Made by a program: the position numbers and the translations under genes. From contig NW_021828058.1 of assembly GCF_006345805.1 (NCBI RefSeq), forward strand, positions 1-35,432: a stretch of DNA of 35,432 nucleotides, given 5' to 3'. Shown piece by piece: positions 12,170-23,882 of this stretch. This DNA is from Octopus sinensis (Eukaryota). Positions within the stretch are counted from its first letter, which is position 1. Each line of letters starts with the position of its first letter. The notes beneath the pieces were generated by a model. It worked only from the letters and a program-made list of their open reading frames with translations, was not told the origin of the DNA and made no database searches.

Positions 12170-13846
12170 ATAGTTTTAATACAATTTTTAATATATCGAC
12201 CGGTTTCGATATCGCTATTCATGTTATTATGTTTTACTTATTTGAATATATATTTATTTAAGAAGAAATTTTGTCCATATTGTGTGTGACGAAATTCACG
12301 AGAGAATTACTTCACAAGTAGGTAAATAAAGGGCGGTAATTGGTTGCCTTTATTATTGTTATTGTTGTAGGTAAGGGAGATAACAGTTCAGCTTTAGGTA
12401 ATAGGTGGGGATTATATATGTGTACAGACAAAAACAAGTTTCAAAACCTTGTTTAGTAGGGGATTTATGTACTGTAATGTTATCATTAATTGAAATATGT
12501 AAAAAGATAAAAGTTGGTTATGCATGAATATTAAGATGTGTTTTGTATTTTTCAATGAAAAAAGTTTCGTTATTTAAACGCTCTAGTTGAGAGATTGCGT
12601 CTTTGCACTGGTTACAAGGTAAGACTGTGAAATTTGGTTTAATGTTACCTGCACATTTTTCTATATGTTCACTGAGAGGAATTTGTCAGTATTCGGGGAA
12701 ACGGATTTGATTTTTATGTTGAGTGGTTCTCTTTCTCAAGGTCATACTCGTTTGTCCACTATAGTGGTGTCCGCAAACCGAGCATGTTATTAAATAAATT
12801 AGGTTCTCAGAGGCACAAGTGAAACTAGTTTTAATTTTGAACCTCTCTCCTTGTTTGAAAAGGAAATCCGAGCCTTGAAGCAGGTTGGGGCAGTTTCCAC
12901 AGTTGGGCGTCCACATTTTTCAACCGTTGGTTTTGTGGTTGCTTTGTAGAGCTTCGCATTTGTTAGTAGTCTCTTTAGCAATTTGTCTTGTTTTTTCCAT
13001 TTGATGAGTTTCTGTGTTTTCAGGATGTCGTTCCTTTTTGGATCTCTATTTAGCAAAGGAAGAGTTTGCACAATAGTGGTGAATGCCTCACTGTTTCTGT
13101 GGTTGTGTGTTGATATAAATAGTAATGTTTTGAGTTGAGTTGTGGTGTTATGTTTTCTTTTTCTTAGTGTTTTCGTGTCTAATTCAGAAGATATTGTTTT
13201 GAATCAGTTGGTTTATAATAAATGTCAGTTATGATTTCATTGTTAACTTTTCTTATCATGACGTCTAAAATGGGACTTGTTCTTTGTTATATTCCATTGT
13301 GAATTGAATGTTACTATTGATGTCATTTAGTGTTGATTTGAAATCCAAGCGTTTGTCGATGTTCTCCTTCCAGATGATAAAGCAGTCATCAAGGTATCTC
13401 TTCCAATTTTCTCTTATGTAGAGGTAAAAGGGTAACAATATTTCTGAAGTGATAGTTCATATAAGGTGAATTCAAAATAACCCATTATGAGGTTCGCAAG
13501 AACAGGAGCTGCTTTCGTTCCCATCGCAATTCCGCATTTCTGACGATAGTATGTGTCATCAAATAGGAAATAATTGTTCTGAAGTATAAATGTTCAGGAT
13601 TTCATTATAAACATCTAGCTTATGCATTCCGGGAGTACTTTTCCAACCAGAATTTAATTGCTTTTTTCCAAAGTCATGGGAGATGTTGGTGTAAAGATTG
13701 ATAACATCGAGGGAAACCAATATTGCCTCTTCATTAATTGTTTTTTCCCTAATGAAAAATTTGATGTATTTCAGCAAGGGTTTCAGTAAGATGTCTAGAA
13801 AATTGCTTTGTCGATGGGTTTCACAGGCCAGCCCACCTACATATAT
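12170..13846 (-). mobile_element. 5'-truncated, decayed Penelope-like element (RT plus GIY-YIG endonuclease)
   Basis: LVSLDVINLYTNI, GIAMGTKAAPVLANL and WKRYLDDCF (13382-13404), then C-x2-C and NLIYLITCSVCGHHYSGQTSMTLRKR (GIY-YIG). Hammerhead half-motif CGAAACCGGTC in the 3' region near 12200. Confidence 0.9.
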
Positions 13847-13917
13847 ATATATATATAGTTAATCCAAACAAGAAAGCACAAAAACAACAACAACGTGAAG
13901 ACGTGGAACAAAAAGAG

Positions 13918-14009
<92 letters not shown>

Positions 14010-14520
14010 GTTTGCTTATTTGTATGTATTTGTGTATACATAATTATATTAAGTAACGAAATGATGGATCTGGTATTAAATTTTATTCTGTACAACTTTC
14101 GTTTCGACCCGTCTTGCTATTGTCCTTTATGTGTGGGACTCTGTTCAACGTGTTGTGCTGCATCGATCAGTCTGGATCCCATCAGGCACATCGATAAAGT
14201 TGTGTGTGACTAAAGATTTCGAGTGTCATCTGGCATGTTGTTATATTGCCATCTAGTTGGGGAACGAATAAAATACAAATAAGACTGCAGACATGCAAAA
14301 GATTCAAATATGAACGAGGAAGTCTTGCGTTCCTCTTTAGATAAAGCGACCTAATGAGCTTTCGCTTTCATAACTGCTTAGAGGGAAAAGAAAGTAGGAG
14401 AAAAGAAAGAAGAAAACAGGGAGGAGAGAAAAATGATTACTCATGCAAAAACATTTTTAAGGATTTAAGGATTTAATTATAATTATATATACTCAAAATA
14501 AGCACCAAGTATGACACCGG

Positions 14521-14612
14521 TAATTTGGTACGATCGTTTCGTACTACATCATTTTATTAAATGTTGTAAGTATTAAAACAGATTTAAGATGCAGAGTACT
14601 CATCAGCCAATT
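14521..14612 (-). ncRNA. Minimal type-I hammerhead ribozyme (HHR-B), core intact
   Basis: RC reads UUGG-CUGAUGA-GUACU...AGUAC-GAAA-CGAUCG-UA-CCAA. Core is complete, stem II base is 5 bp, stem III is palindromic (ACGAUCGU), the site is GUA and stem I is UUGG/CCAA. Confidence 0.8.
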
Positions 14613-14647
14613 TTTGCTGAACTTAGTTATATGTATATGTATATATA

Positions 14648-14703
<56 letters not shown>

Positions 14704-14859
14704 GAGTGTAATTTTACCTTGTTAACAATTAACACGGAGAAAATAAATAAATAGTTACCAGGGCAGCAAAAATCTCACAAGTAAAGGTGTTGTAACTCCT
14801 TGTTTATAAAGGTAGAAACTTCATGTTTACGTTGAATATTTTGAATAATATGAATAAAA

Positions 14860-15980
14860 AATGGAGTTAACGCATGTGTAATCAAATATTTTTACTTTCG
14901 ACACATGTTTCGAAAATTCCACTGATACTATTCAAAAGAATAAATGGTATAAACAATGCAATCTTCTCCTCAGGAAAGTGAAAAAAACGAAACTCGTCAA
15001 TAAGACATTTTAGCAAAACATGATGGATTTGTTATAGCGATAGACAGAACGCTATTAACATTGTTTAAAAAAACGCTATATGATATAACGTCATAAGTAG
15101 CTAACAGAAAGAGTAGGGATATTAATAGCGAATGTTAAAGATAAAGGAAATTAAAATTTAAATTATATATAATGATAGAGACTACTTATATGCACTAAAT
15201 GTATGTTTTTGCCAATGCTTACATCTGCATGCTCGTTCTATAACCGTGTTTACTAGAGTATTTTTAGAAAAAATAATGAAAAATAGCTCAGAATTGCAGA
15301 GAAGACAGAATTTCTTGCCTTTGTTATATGGTATCGAAATTGAGAGGATCAATCATTCTAAATGAAATTGTTCATTGTGGTCTTTTAAATCCCAAATCAG
15401 TTTGCTGAGACCGGTACTATTCCGTTTATTTCTATCCCTAAACGTTGAGTAATGGATAGAAATTCTTTTAGATAACTCTAACGATGTGCTTCCAATGTAA
15501 AATCGTACTTTATTACGAGTACTGATTATACACTGGTATATAGAATTTTTAATCTTAGAGTTACTTGACATAAACTTAATTTTATTGGAATTGACTTTAG
15601 ATACAATAACCTTGTTATTGATATTTCTAGAGGGTTGGATGTTATTAGCTAAATTAATGTTAGTATTAGTAAGTGTATTAATATTTAACAGTTTGTTATT
15701 ATGAGAAGATATAATTTGCAAGTGATTATTTGTGTTTGAAAAACCTATCCTAACCTTATGTGAATTGATTATAGAGTAATATCTAGAATTGTTTGGAAAA
15801 TTCCTAGCAATAGCTTGACGAAACAGCAGTGGGAGATTAGATTTAATTTGTCTCCGTAAGGAATTATTAACCAAATATATTTACTTGTATTCATAGTGTA
15901 ATTACGTTGAAGGTGTTATATTTACTTTTAGATCGATAATAGGGGATTAAATAAGGGTTATCCGCCTTCATTCGCTTTGT
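14860..15980 (-). mobile_element. 3' fragment of a second Penelope-like element (GIY-YIG C-terminus and 3'UTR with hammerhead)
   Basis: The 173-aa frame has NSIYQC...FYIGSTS...KRISIH...NSTGLSKLIWDLKD, followed by KFCLLCNSE...CRCKH and a stop at 15182-15184. It is a different family from 12170-13846. Confidence 0.85.
14889..14987 (-). ncRNA. Minimal type-I hammerhead ribozyme (HHR-A) in the PLE 3' region, core intact
   Basis: RC reads UUUUCACUUUC-CUGAGGA-GAAGAUUGCAUUG...CAGUGGAAUUUUC-GAAA-CAUGUG-UC-GAAAGUAAAAA. Stem I is about 10 bp with one mismatch, stem II 12 of 13 bp, site GUC. Confidence 0.8.
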
Positions 15981-16105
15981 ATACACTTACTAATACTAAC
16001 ATTAATTTAGCTAATAACATCCAACCCTCTAGAAATATCAATAACAAGGTTATTGTATCTGAAGTCAATTCCAATAAAATTAAGTTTATGTCAAGTAACT
16101 CTAAG
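15981..16105 (+). repeat. 125-bp inverted duplicate of 15554-15678 at the 5' truncation point of the PLE
   Basis: Reverse-complement match with one mismatch seen (ctaaag versus ctgaag). Confidence 0.9.
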
Positions 16106-16196
16106 GCTTCATTTGGGACCATCATTTGAATCATAAATTTCTGCTGTTACCATTCTGTCTATATCATCTCTGATCTTCACTTTGTTTACGAGCATA
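16106..16196 (-). mobile_element. Small Helitron Rep-domain-like fragment left of the Gypsy element
   Basis: RC translates KVKIRDDIDRMVTAEIYD, resembling the DIDxxVxAEIPD segment after Rep motif 2. Confidence 0.45.
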
Positions 16197-16199
16197 TGG

Positions 16200-16421
16200 C
16201 AGTGTGGAAGTCTGAATATATAATTTAACGAAGCTATTTACACGACGCAATACGATCACTATTACATGAGACTCGACGCTCTCTGCCAACGGATCATAGG
16301 GAAATGCTTACCAATCAATTGTTCACAATCAATTCCTTACGACTAGACAGTTCTCCATGTAATGGAAATGTGTCAGATCACTTTTAGTCACTTGGAAGGT
16401 TGTCAGAATCTTTCCACAGCA
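16200..16421 (-). repeat. 3' LTR of the Gypsy element (left edge uncertain), preceded by a polypurine tract at 16422-16431
   Basis: RC AAAGGGGAGA|TGCTGTGGAAAGATTCTGACAACCTTCCAAG matches the start of the 5' LTR. Confidence 0.7.
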
Positions 16422-19400
16422 TCTCCCCTTTATAGAATTAGTCTCCCCTAAATTCTCCACTTGAGAATAAAAATCGCTCTGAGTTTTAATATCTCTTATG
16501 CTTAGGGCTCAATTCTTGTGTTCCATTCGTTTCGTTTTCTGGTGCTAGAACGTGTAATTACAAATTGTTTCTGTGTTGGTACCTCAAACGTGTCGTGCAA
16601 TACTTTCATGAGAAATTCACTTCTTTTCTCTGATTTTTCCTTGAATCAGGTTTTAAGTTGGTTAATAAGTCTTTTATGTTCGAAATTTGTTTCACCTTTT
16701 ACCAGGAATATCATTCTTGCAATTTATTTAATAATTGTACCATCCTCCCAGCCTTATTTACTCTATGTATAGGTTTTCTAAAAAACTTTGTCTCCTAACT
16801 TGAAGAATTTTGAAATATTGTTCTTTTTTAATATTTTCACTCGGTATCGGCTGATCAAAGATGGATCTGATTATTCTAACAAACATCAAATATCTCTGTA
16901 ACCAGAGATGTCGGCTTTCTACATTTATGCACTTCAGACCACGTTGAAAAACAGTCCCCCACAACAAAGTGATATGAAACCTTAAGTGATTTTAGCCACG
17001 GGTGCCATTTTGTGACGGGTGTATTTGGAGCTAGAGAACAGCGTATTGCATACTATCACTATATCTTCAATGTTACAGTCCGTTGTTGGCCAGTATACCT
17101 AACTTCTCATTAACGATTTCATTATCGAAATCCCTTTGACACAATATAAAATTCCTTTAGTAATTGCTTTTGTAGTGTGGTTGGCACCACGACTCTTTGT
17201 GCATACATCAGCACATTGTCACACCTTGTGATAGGCTCGAATATTTTTCATCTCTTTAACACTTCTGCATTTCTTTCATTTTTTAATGAATATATCGTTT
17301 CCCAATTGTAATTTTATGTCCTGTAACGTAAATAGCAGTCCACGCATTGAGTTATACAATTTGCTTTTAATTTCATTTTCCGCTCGCAAAGTAGCAAACA
17401 CGGTATCTTCAAATGCTTCAGCATTTTCTGAAATCGGTCATGATAAACAATTAGCGTGTCCTAATTTTTTAGATGGCATATACTCTATCTTAAATTCATA
17501 GTTTAATAATACAGTACCCCAGCGCTGCAGCCTATTAGCAGTACGGCTAGACATTTATTTCTTTTACTCATATACTGATAATACGGACGATGATCTGTCT
17601 GTATTCAAAAACTTCTGCCGTGTAAAAATCTATGCAATTTTTTACGGCATAAATAATTACATGAGCTTCTTTTTTGATTTGGCTGTAATATTTTCTGCTG
17701 ATATCATGAACCACCGCCTTCATGTTACCATCTTTTTATTTATGTGGCATTACTGCACCGATTCAGTATTCAGAGGCATCTGAAGTTACAAAATTCTCCG
17801 CTACAGAATCGAAGCGTGCTAACAACAAATCAGATGTTAATATTTTAAAATTTCGTCGAATTCCCTTTGACAATTTTCAGAGCAATTTCAATTGACATTT
17901 TTTAAATACATAATCTACTGTAACACTTACCCTCTGAATATTTAGAATATAATTTTGGTAATAATTTGCCTGTCTCCAAAGCAATCATGTAAGGTCCTTA
18001 TATTTGTCGGAGGGGGGCATGTATTTAATTGCGTCTGCCCTCAACGGATCTGGTCCTCGTCCATTTCTTTCAATTGTTTGTCCAATTTTATTTTCGTTAA
18101 GAAGAAGATTCACGCTTTCTTTTTCACTGTAATCCCTAATTTTTTCGAACATATATATTATGTGATCTACATGTTGATCCCGTGATTCGCTTTCAATGAG
18201 TATATCATCCAGATATGGAAATGCATATTCACTATCCGCTAACACTGCATCCATAATATTTTGAAAAATCGCCGTGTGACATAAAGGCATACAGTAACCT
18301 GTTGTATATATATATGTGCGTTAATTTTTTAGGTATTTATAGCATTCATCGTCTACGCTAATATGTAGGTACGCGTCAGGGAGATCCAATTAAGAAAATA
18401 CCTTGCCACCGTCTAATTTTGCAAATATATCCCCCAGGGTAGGTAGCGGATAGTGGAACGTTTTAAGACACTCATTTAAACGAGTGGAAAAAATCAGCAT
18501 ACACTCTGATTTTGTTTATTTGTTTCTAACGCTGCAAAAGTTTATCTGTTCCAACGATGCAAAAGTTACAGTTCGTTTATATTTAAATACCGGTTTGGCA
18601 TTTACTTTTACTTGGAACTTCGTTTTCGTTGTGATGCTGAGATCTAATTTATCAGAGAGAACTTCAGGAAAAATCTTTTAAAATTATTTTTACAAATCGT
18701 CCGACGATTCATTTGTATTGGCAAGAAAACCATTCACATTTTTACTGAAAAGATTTATGGGGAGTTCCCATAAGTTAAACAATTCTATTCAGTGTTCCGA
18801 ATAAATTTGGGATATTATTCAACACAAAATCTTTGGTTTTTAAGGTTTTCCCACGAAATGGAACGTGATTTATCATTACGCCATTAAAATGTAATTATTT
18901 TCCTGAAATACCACCTGCAATTTTCGAAATGTCTTTTAATCTAGGTCTTCTGTTTTTTTTTCTATGTATCTGTGTTAATTATCACTGCCCTTATCTAGTT
19001 GCAACTTTACGTCCACAAATTTCCTTTGAGGCTGTTCGTTTTTTGGTCACCGATAACCTGTTTTCGTGTTTTCTTTCTGTTGAACTGTTTTCCAGGTTTG
19101 TTCTACAGTGAGATTTTTTTATGATCTCTCTCTTGCCACATTTGACGCCTTTTATATTTTTAAACGGGCAATTACTTTTAAAATGTTGACCACCGCACCC
19201 ACAACATGGATTCGATCTTCACATTTGTTTCTCTTATTTCTTATCTGTTACGGTGGAGACACTGGAATATGAGAGCAATCTTTTTGTTCAATTTCTTTTT
19301 GTGCGTCGTTTTCTTCATTTTTTTCTGCGTCGTCTTTCCTGACATTCTTCTGCTTCTGCCTGTAGAGTTACTTTTTGTCCAGTTCTAATTTTGTTGACAT

Positions 19401-20209
19401 CCGTGAACATATATCTCCATCTTTGCTTGCAGTTAGGCCTTAAACAAGAAATATGCATTTGAACATCATCTTCATTCATATGATTTGAATTTTTTACACT
19501 TTCCGTTAACATCCTCTGCACAGGTGACGAAATCTTCATGTTATTGGACAAAATGTAAAAACTGTCCTCAAGTATTTAGCAGATAACTTCTTTCACTGTA
19601 ACGTTTTGATAAAATTTCGTTTTTGGATTTTAAAGGGCAATTACTTTTAAAATGTAGACCACAACATGGACTCCTTCTTGACATTTTTTGTCTTATTTCT
19701 TGTCCGTTACGGTGGAGACACTGGAATATGCGATCAATCTTTTTCTTCTTTTTTTTCTGCGTCGTATTTCCTAGCATTCTTCTGCTTCTGTCTGTAGAGT
19801 TAATTTTCGTCCAGTTCTAAATCATTTGATAATAGGTTAATAGTTTTTATTAAAACAAATCTCACCTGACTTCTTCGGCAGAATATAATTACTATATTTT
19901 TTTGTATTTGCCAAGGGATACCTGTCTTACAATTAGTCGTACTATTTTTCCCTCAGATCAATTTTTAAATTCTTCTTTGAGAATTTCTTCGTATCTTCGA
20001 AAATATGCAGAGAAGGTAATCCCTTCCTCTGGATTATAACTGAATACTTCATTAGAGTTTGCTACGCTGTCTGGCAAGTTCACGCCTGAAGTATTTTTAG
20101 ACTTCTTTAACATTAATTCCAGCAACTATTGGTTTTGTTGTTGTTGCTTTTATAGTTGCTCTTGTTGTTATTACTATTGTTGCTGTTGCAACTGCACCAC
20201 AGACGCCAA

Positions 20210-20432
20210 TAAGCCTTCTATCTTAAACGATTTTTCTTTGGTTTCATACCCATCCCAAACAAATTTAAACATCCAACGCAAACTTCGAATCGATTACCAA
20301 ACGCTCTCTGTCAATGGCTCACGGTGAACTATTTACCAATTAATTGCTGAAGACTCGACAGTTGTCTATTTAATAGGAATGTGTCAGTTCGCGTTTAGTC
20401 AATTGGAAGGTGGTCGAAATCCTTCCACAACA
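20210..20432 (-). repeat. 5' LTR of the Gypsy element, followed by a PBS-like TGGCGTCTGTGG (20197-20208)
   Basis: RC starts TGTTGTGGAAGGATTTCGACCACCTTCCAATTGACTAAAC; homologous to 16260-16421. Confidence 0.7.
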
Positions 20433-21340
20433 ATACAGAAACAATGTAGACCTCTTCCCTGTGGCACACAGAGTTTCACACCAAATGACGTAAAGGAAGG
20501 TATGCAGTTGTAATTGCTGATGTAATTTTCTCAGACAAACGCTTCAATGTCTGAGGTTTTAGTTGCAGTGGAGGAAAATTCACTTTATTATTGTGACAGA
20601 ACATGAAGTTTTCATATTTAAAGTTCAGTGCTCCACAATACTCGCAATATAAGTACATATCACCAATACGATAGGTTCGTTTAGGATTATTGTGTCTGTT
20701 CAGTGGTAGTCCATGTCTTCCTTCACGCTTTCGTTGCACCTGTTCATCTCGCAAACGTAACGCCTGTTCAGCATTCATACTTGCAACTCCATCTTGATGT
20801 CTCTCTGTTTGACCTTGGAGACAAGCAGCCCTTTCCAAATCATCCATATTCTCCCTTCTCTGTTACATTACGCTTTTCTGTTGGTCCTGATACTGCGCAC
20901 GCTGCATATCATTCATGTTTTCCATTCTCCGCAGAAATATCAATCTTTGTTGTTCCTTGTACTGTGTTTGTTCTTCCTCATCCTGTCTTCTACCTTGGTC
21001 TTGCATTCTCTCTCACTACAATTGTGCCTTGCGTTGCTCTTCATCTATTGCAGATCGTCTCATCTGTTGGTACCATTTGTCCCTTTCTCTGATTTCTTAC
21101 CGCTGTTCTTCTCTTATACGCTGCCTATAGTACCTAACCCTCTCGCGAGTAGCTTCTAATCTTCTTCCTCTCTCCACTGTTCAGTCAAGTTTTGTAATTT
21201 GCTTATTTCATAAGCACAGCTTTGGAACAAGGACCAAATAACCGTAAACTGCGAATTTCCATCTCGCCGTAGCAGAAGCACCACCAACGGCAGAATGTAT
21301 GAGAAGCAGTAAAAACATCAACCGGGATCTTGTAGAGATG
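20433..21340 (-). mobile_element. Helitron RepHel N-terminal remnant
   Basis: Charged Q/R/E repeat region, then GDMYLYCEYCGALNFKYENFMFCHNNKVNFPPL and, after a frameshift, NYNCIPSFTSFG...PQGRGLHCFCI, ending exactly at the Gypsy LTR. Upstream boundary approximate. Confidence 0.75.
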
Positions 21341-21433
21341 GAATTTACTGTGTGTCCACCTTTATTTTAATTGAAATATATATATTTTAATTATAATGTG
21401 TATATTTCTTGAATTGTAATATATATATATATG

Positions 21434-21476
<43 letters not shown>

Positions 21477-22249
21477 TATATGTGTGTGTGTGGGTACATA
21501 TGACACTGTAAATAAGTGTGAATATTTATGAGCATGTGTTAAGTGATAGGGGATATAAAATACTTAGTTCAATTAAAAAGTTACTTTGCATTATGCACTC
21601 ATCATCACCACTTCCACCACAAACACTACCACAACTACCACCGTCTCTCACTCCCCCTTTCTCTCATTTTCTCAGTTTATCTATCTATCTATTTATCTAC
21701 CTATCTGGCTTCCTTTAATCTCACCATCAGAACATCACCGTTCTGCTAAAATTATATTCGTAACCCTCCTCAATATCATGACCTTGAACTAACTTTTTCA
21801 TCACGTAATAAATATTACGTTCCCCCTACCACAATGTCCTCTCCCTCTTTTTCTCCCTCGGTTTTTTACCTCTCCCTTTTCTCCCTCTCCCTCTTTTTCT
21901 GCTCCACTCTTCAACTTACTTTCGTTTTCTCATTCCTTTTTCTTTCTCTTGGTCTCTCATTCCATTCAACTAATCACGTGAAGCATTACAGTCACGTTCC
22001 TTCTACCTCAGGTCTTGGATATTTCTCTTTCGTTCTTTTTCGTTCTCCCTCTTTTTCTCTAATCACGAGAAAGCGTTACCGACGGACTAATTAAGATAAT
22101 GACAAGCAGAATTATTATAAGATCAGAAATATTATATTTAAGTTTTCCTCATGACAGACTCCTTCGTTTCCTCCTTATTTTTTACATCATTCTTTTCTTC
22201 AGTTCCTAAATTTTCTGCCACTTCTCTTATTGTTGTTTTAATGTTGTTA

Positions 22250-22262
22250 CTGTTGTTGTTGC

Positions 22263-22327
<65 letters not shown>

Positions 22328-22365
22328 TTCTTCTTCTTCTTCTTCTTCTTCTTCTTCTTCTTCTT

Positions 22366-22415
<50 letters not shown>

Positions 22416-22430
22416 GCTGCTGCTGTTGAT
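22250..22430. repeat. Compound trinucleotide microsatellite (CAT)n(CTT)n(CTA)n(CTG)n
   Basis: Direct inspection. Confidence 0.95.
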
Positions 22431-22749
22431 GTTGCGGTTTGGGCAACAAGACGGATAAGGGTGATTAGGTGATTGACCAGGGCTTAAGGGCAGGATACTT
22501 TCTCTAACGTTAGTAATCTTCTTCATAATAAGATCTCGATATGTCATCCAATGTCATTTCCACAAACTAAATGTCTCTCTTATCTTGTTTATTTACCCTC
22601 ATTCTTCTACAATTCATATTGTCTTGCAATTTGTGTTTGCCTGTGAGTAAGAAAGTGGGAATATATGTGAGGGCTGGAAGTGAGTGTGTGCGTTTATACA
22701 TCAGGGTTTGATAAGGTATATATAGGTGGATGTGTGTATACACACACAG

Positions 22750-22811
<62 letters not shown>

Positions 22812-22826
<15 letters not shown>

Positions 22827-23310
22827 AGGAATGGTCATATAGCCAGTTTAGTCAATAAAAACACACGCACTATATATTTGGTGTTACTTTGCTTCAGTGT
22901 TATTTATTTTTGACGTTAATCTTAATCTTATTTCGGCTAGAGTTCTTTCGAACGTATATAAACAGTAGATATAAATATTACAGACATTCCCTCCACCCGA
23001 CACACACACACTCTAACTAAACATAGACAAATATAGAGGTATATCAATGCGCAAATGAAAACACATACAATAGAAATACAAAATACAAAATGGCTGACCG
23101 TTAGTAAGGAGAGACACACAAACATGAAAGAAGAAAGCAAAGGACCACTGATGAGGTCACAGGTGTGTGACGAAAGAACTCTGGCCGAAATAAGATTAAG
23201 ATTAATGTAAAATTAAATAACGCTGAAGCAAAGTAATACCAAATATATAGTGCGTGTGCTTTTATAGGCTAAACTGACAAAATGACCATTCCTAAATACA
23301 ACAAATATAT
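22812..23310. mobile_element. Inverted-repeat element (about 140-bp arms, 22812-22953 and 23171-23310) with a hammerhead at the inner edge of the right arm
   Basis: ttaatcttaatcttatttcggctagagttctttcg is the reverse complement of cgaaagaactctggccgaaataagattaagattaa; homology extends to the ggaatggtcat and atgaccattcc motifs. Confidence 0.8.
23142..23186 (+). ncRNA. Near-canonical minimal hammerhead (HHR-C)
   Basis: GGACCA-CUGAUGA-G-GUCAC(AGGUGU)GUGAC-GAAA-GAAC-UC-UGGCC. It has one extra G at stem II and a very short, non-palindromic stem III. Confidence 0.6.
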
Positions 23311-23714
23311 GTTTCAACACACGATTTCACATAAAAGTTCTTGCAAGACAAATACATAAATGTGTATATATGTATATAAATATATATGTTTGCGTTTGTT
23401 TGATGTGTGAGTACAGTATTTGTATTAATATTCTTTTATTCCCACTTGTTTCCCCATTCTGATATTCCACGTCATTTTTCTTGTCTTAATATATCTTCTT
23501 TTCCTGCATTTATCGTCTTCTTCACAACTTTTTCTCTACATTCATCTTGTTCATCATATTCTGGTTCTTCTGCTTTTAATCAACTGCTTTCTCCTCTCTT
23601 CATGAATCATTTTCGCTTCTTCTTCTTCTTCTTCTCTCTATTTATCCGTTCTATGATTTATTTTCCTTCACCTTTTTCGTTAATCTTTTCAATTTCTAAT
23701 TTTTTATCGCATCT

Positions 23715-23785
23715 TTCATCATCATCGTCACCATCATCATCGTCACCATCGTCATCATCGTCATCATCATCATCATCGTCATCAC

Positions 23786-23819
<34 letters not shown>

Positions 23820-23831
23820 GTCGTCATCATC

Positions 23832-23882
<51 letters not shown>

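Larger units (their letters stand above)
16200..20432 (-). mobile_element. Old, decayed full-length Ty3/Gypsy LTR retrotransposon (gag-pro-RT-IN)
   Basis: gag FSYNPEEGITFSAYFRRYEE (about 20000-20050) and a knuckle relic PCCGLHFKSNCP, with a duplicated block (19150-19390 and 19625-19820). Protease LQLDKGSD; RT YPLPTLGDIF and FPYLDDILI; integrase RVVVPTTLQKQLL and FSTWSEV. Diverged LTRs at both ends. Confidence 0.85.
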
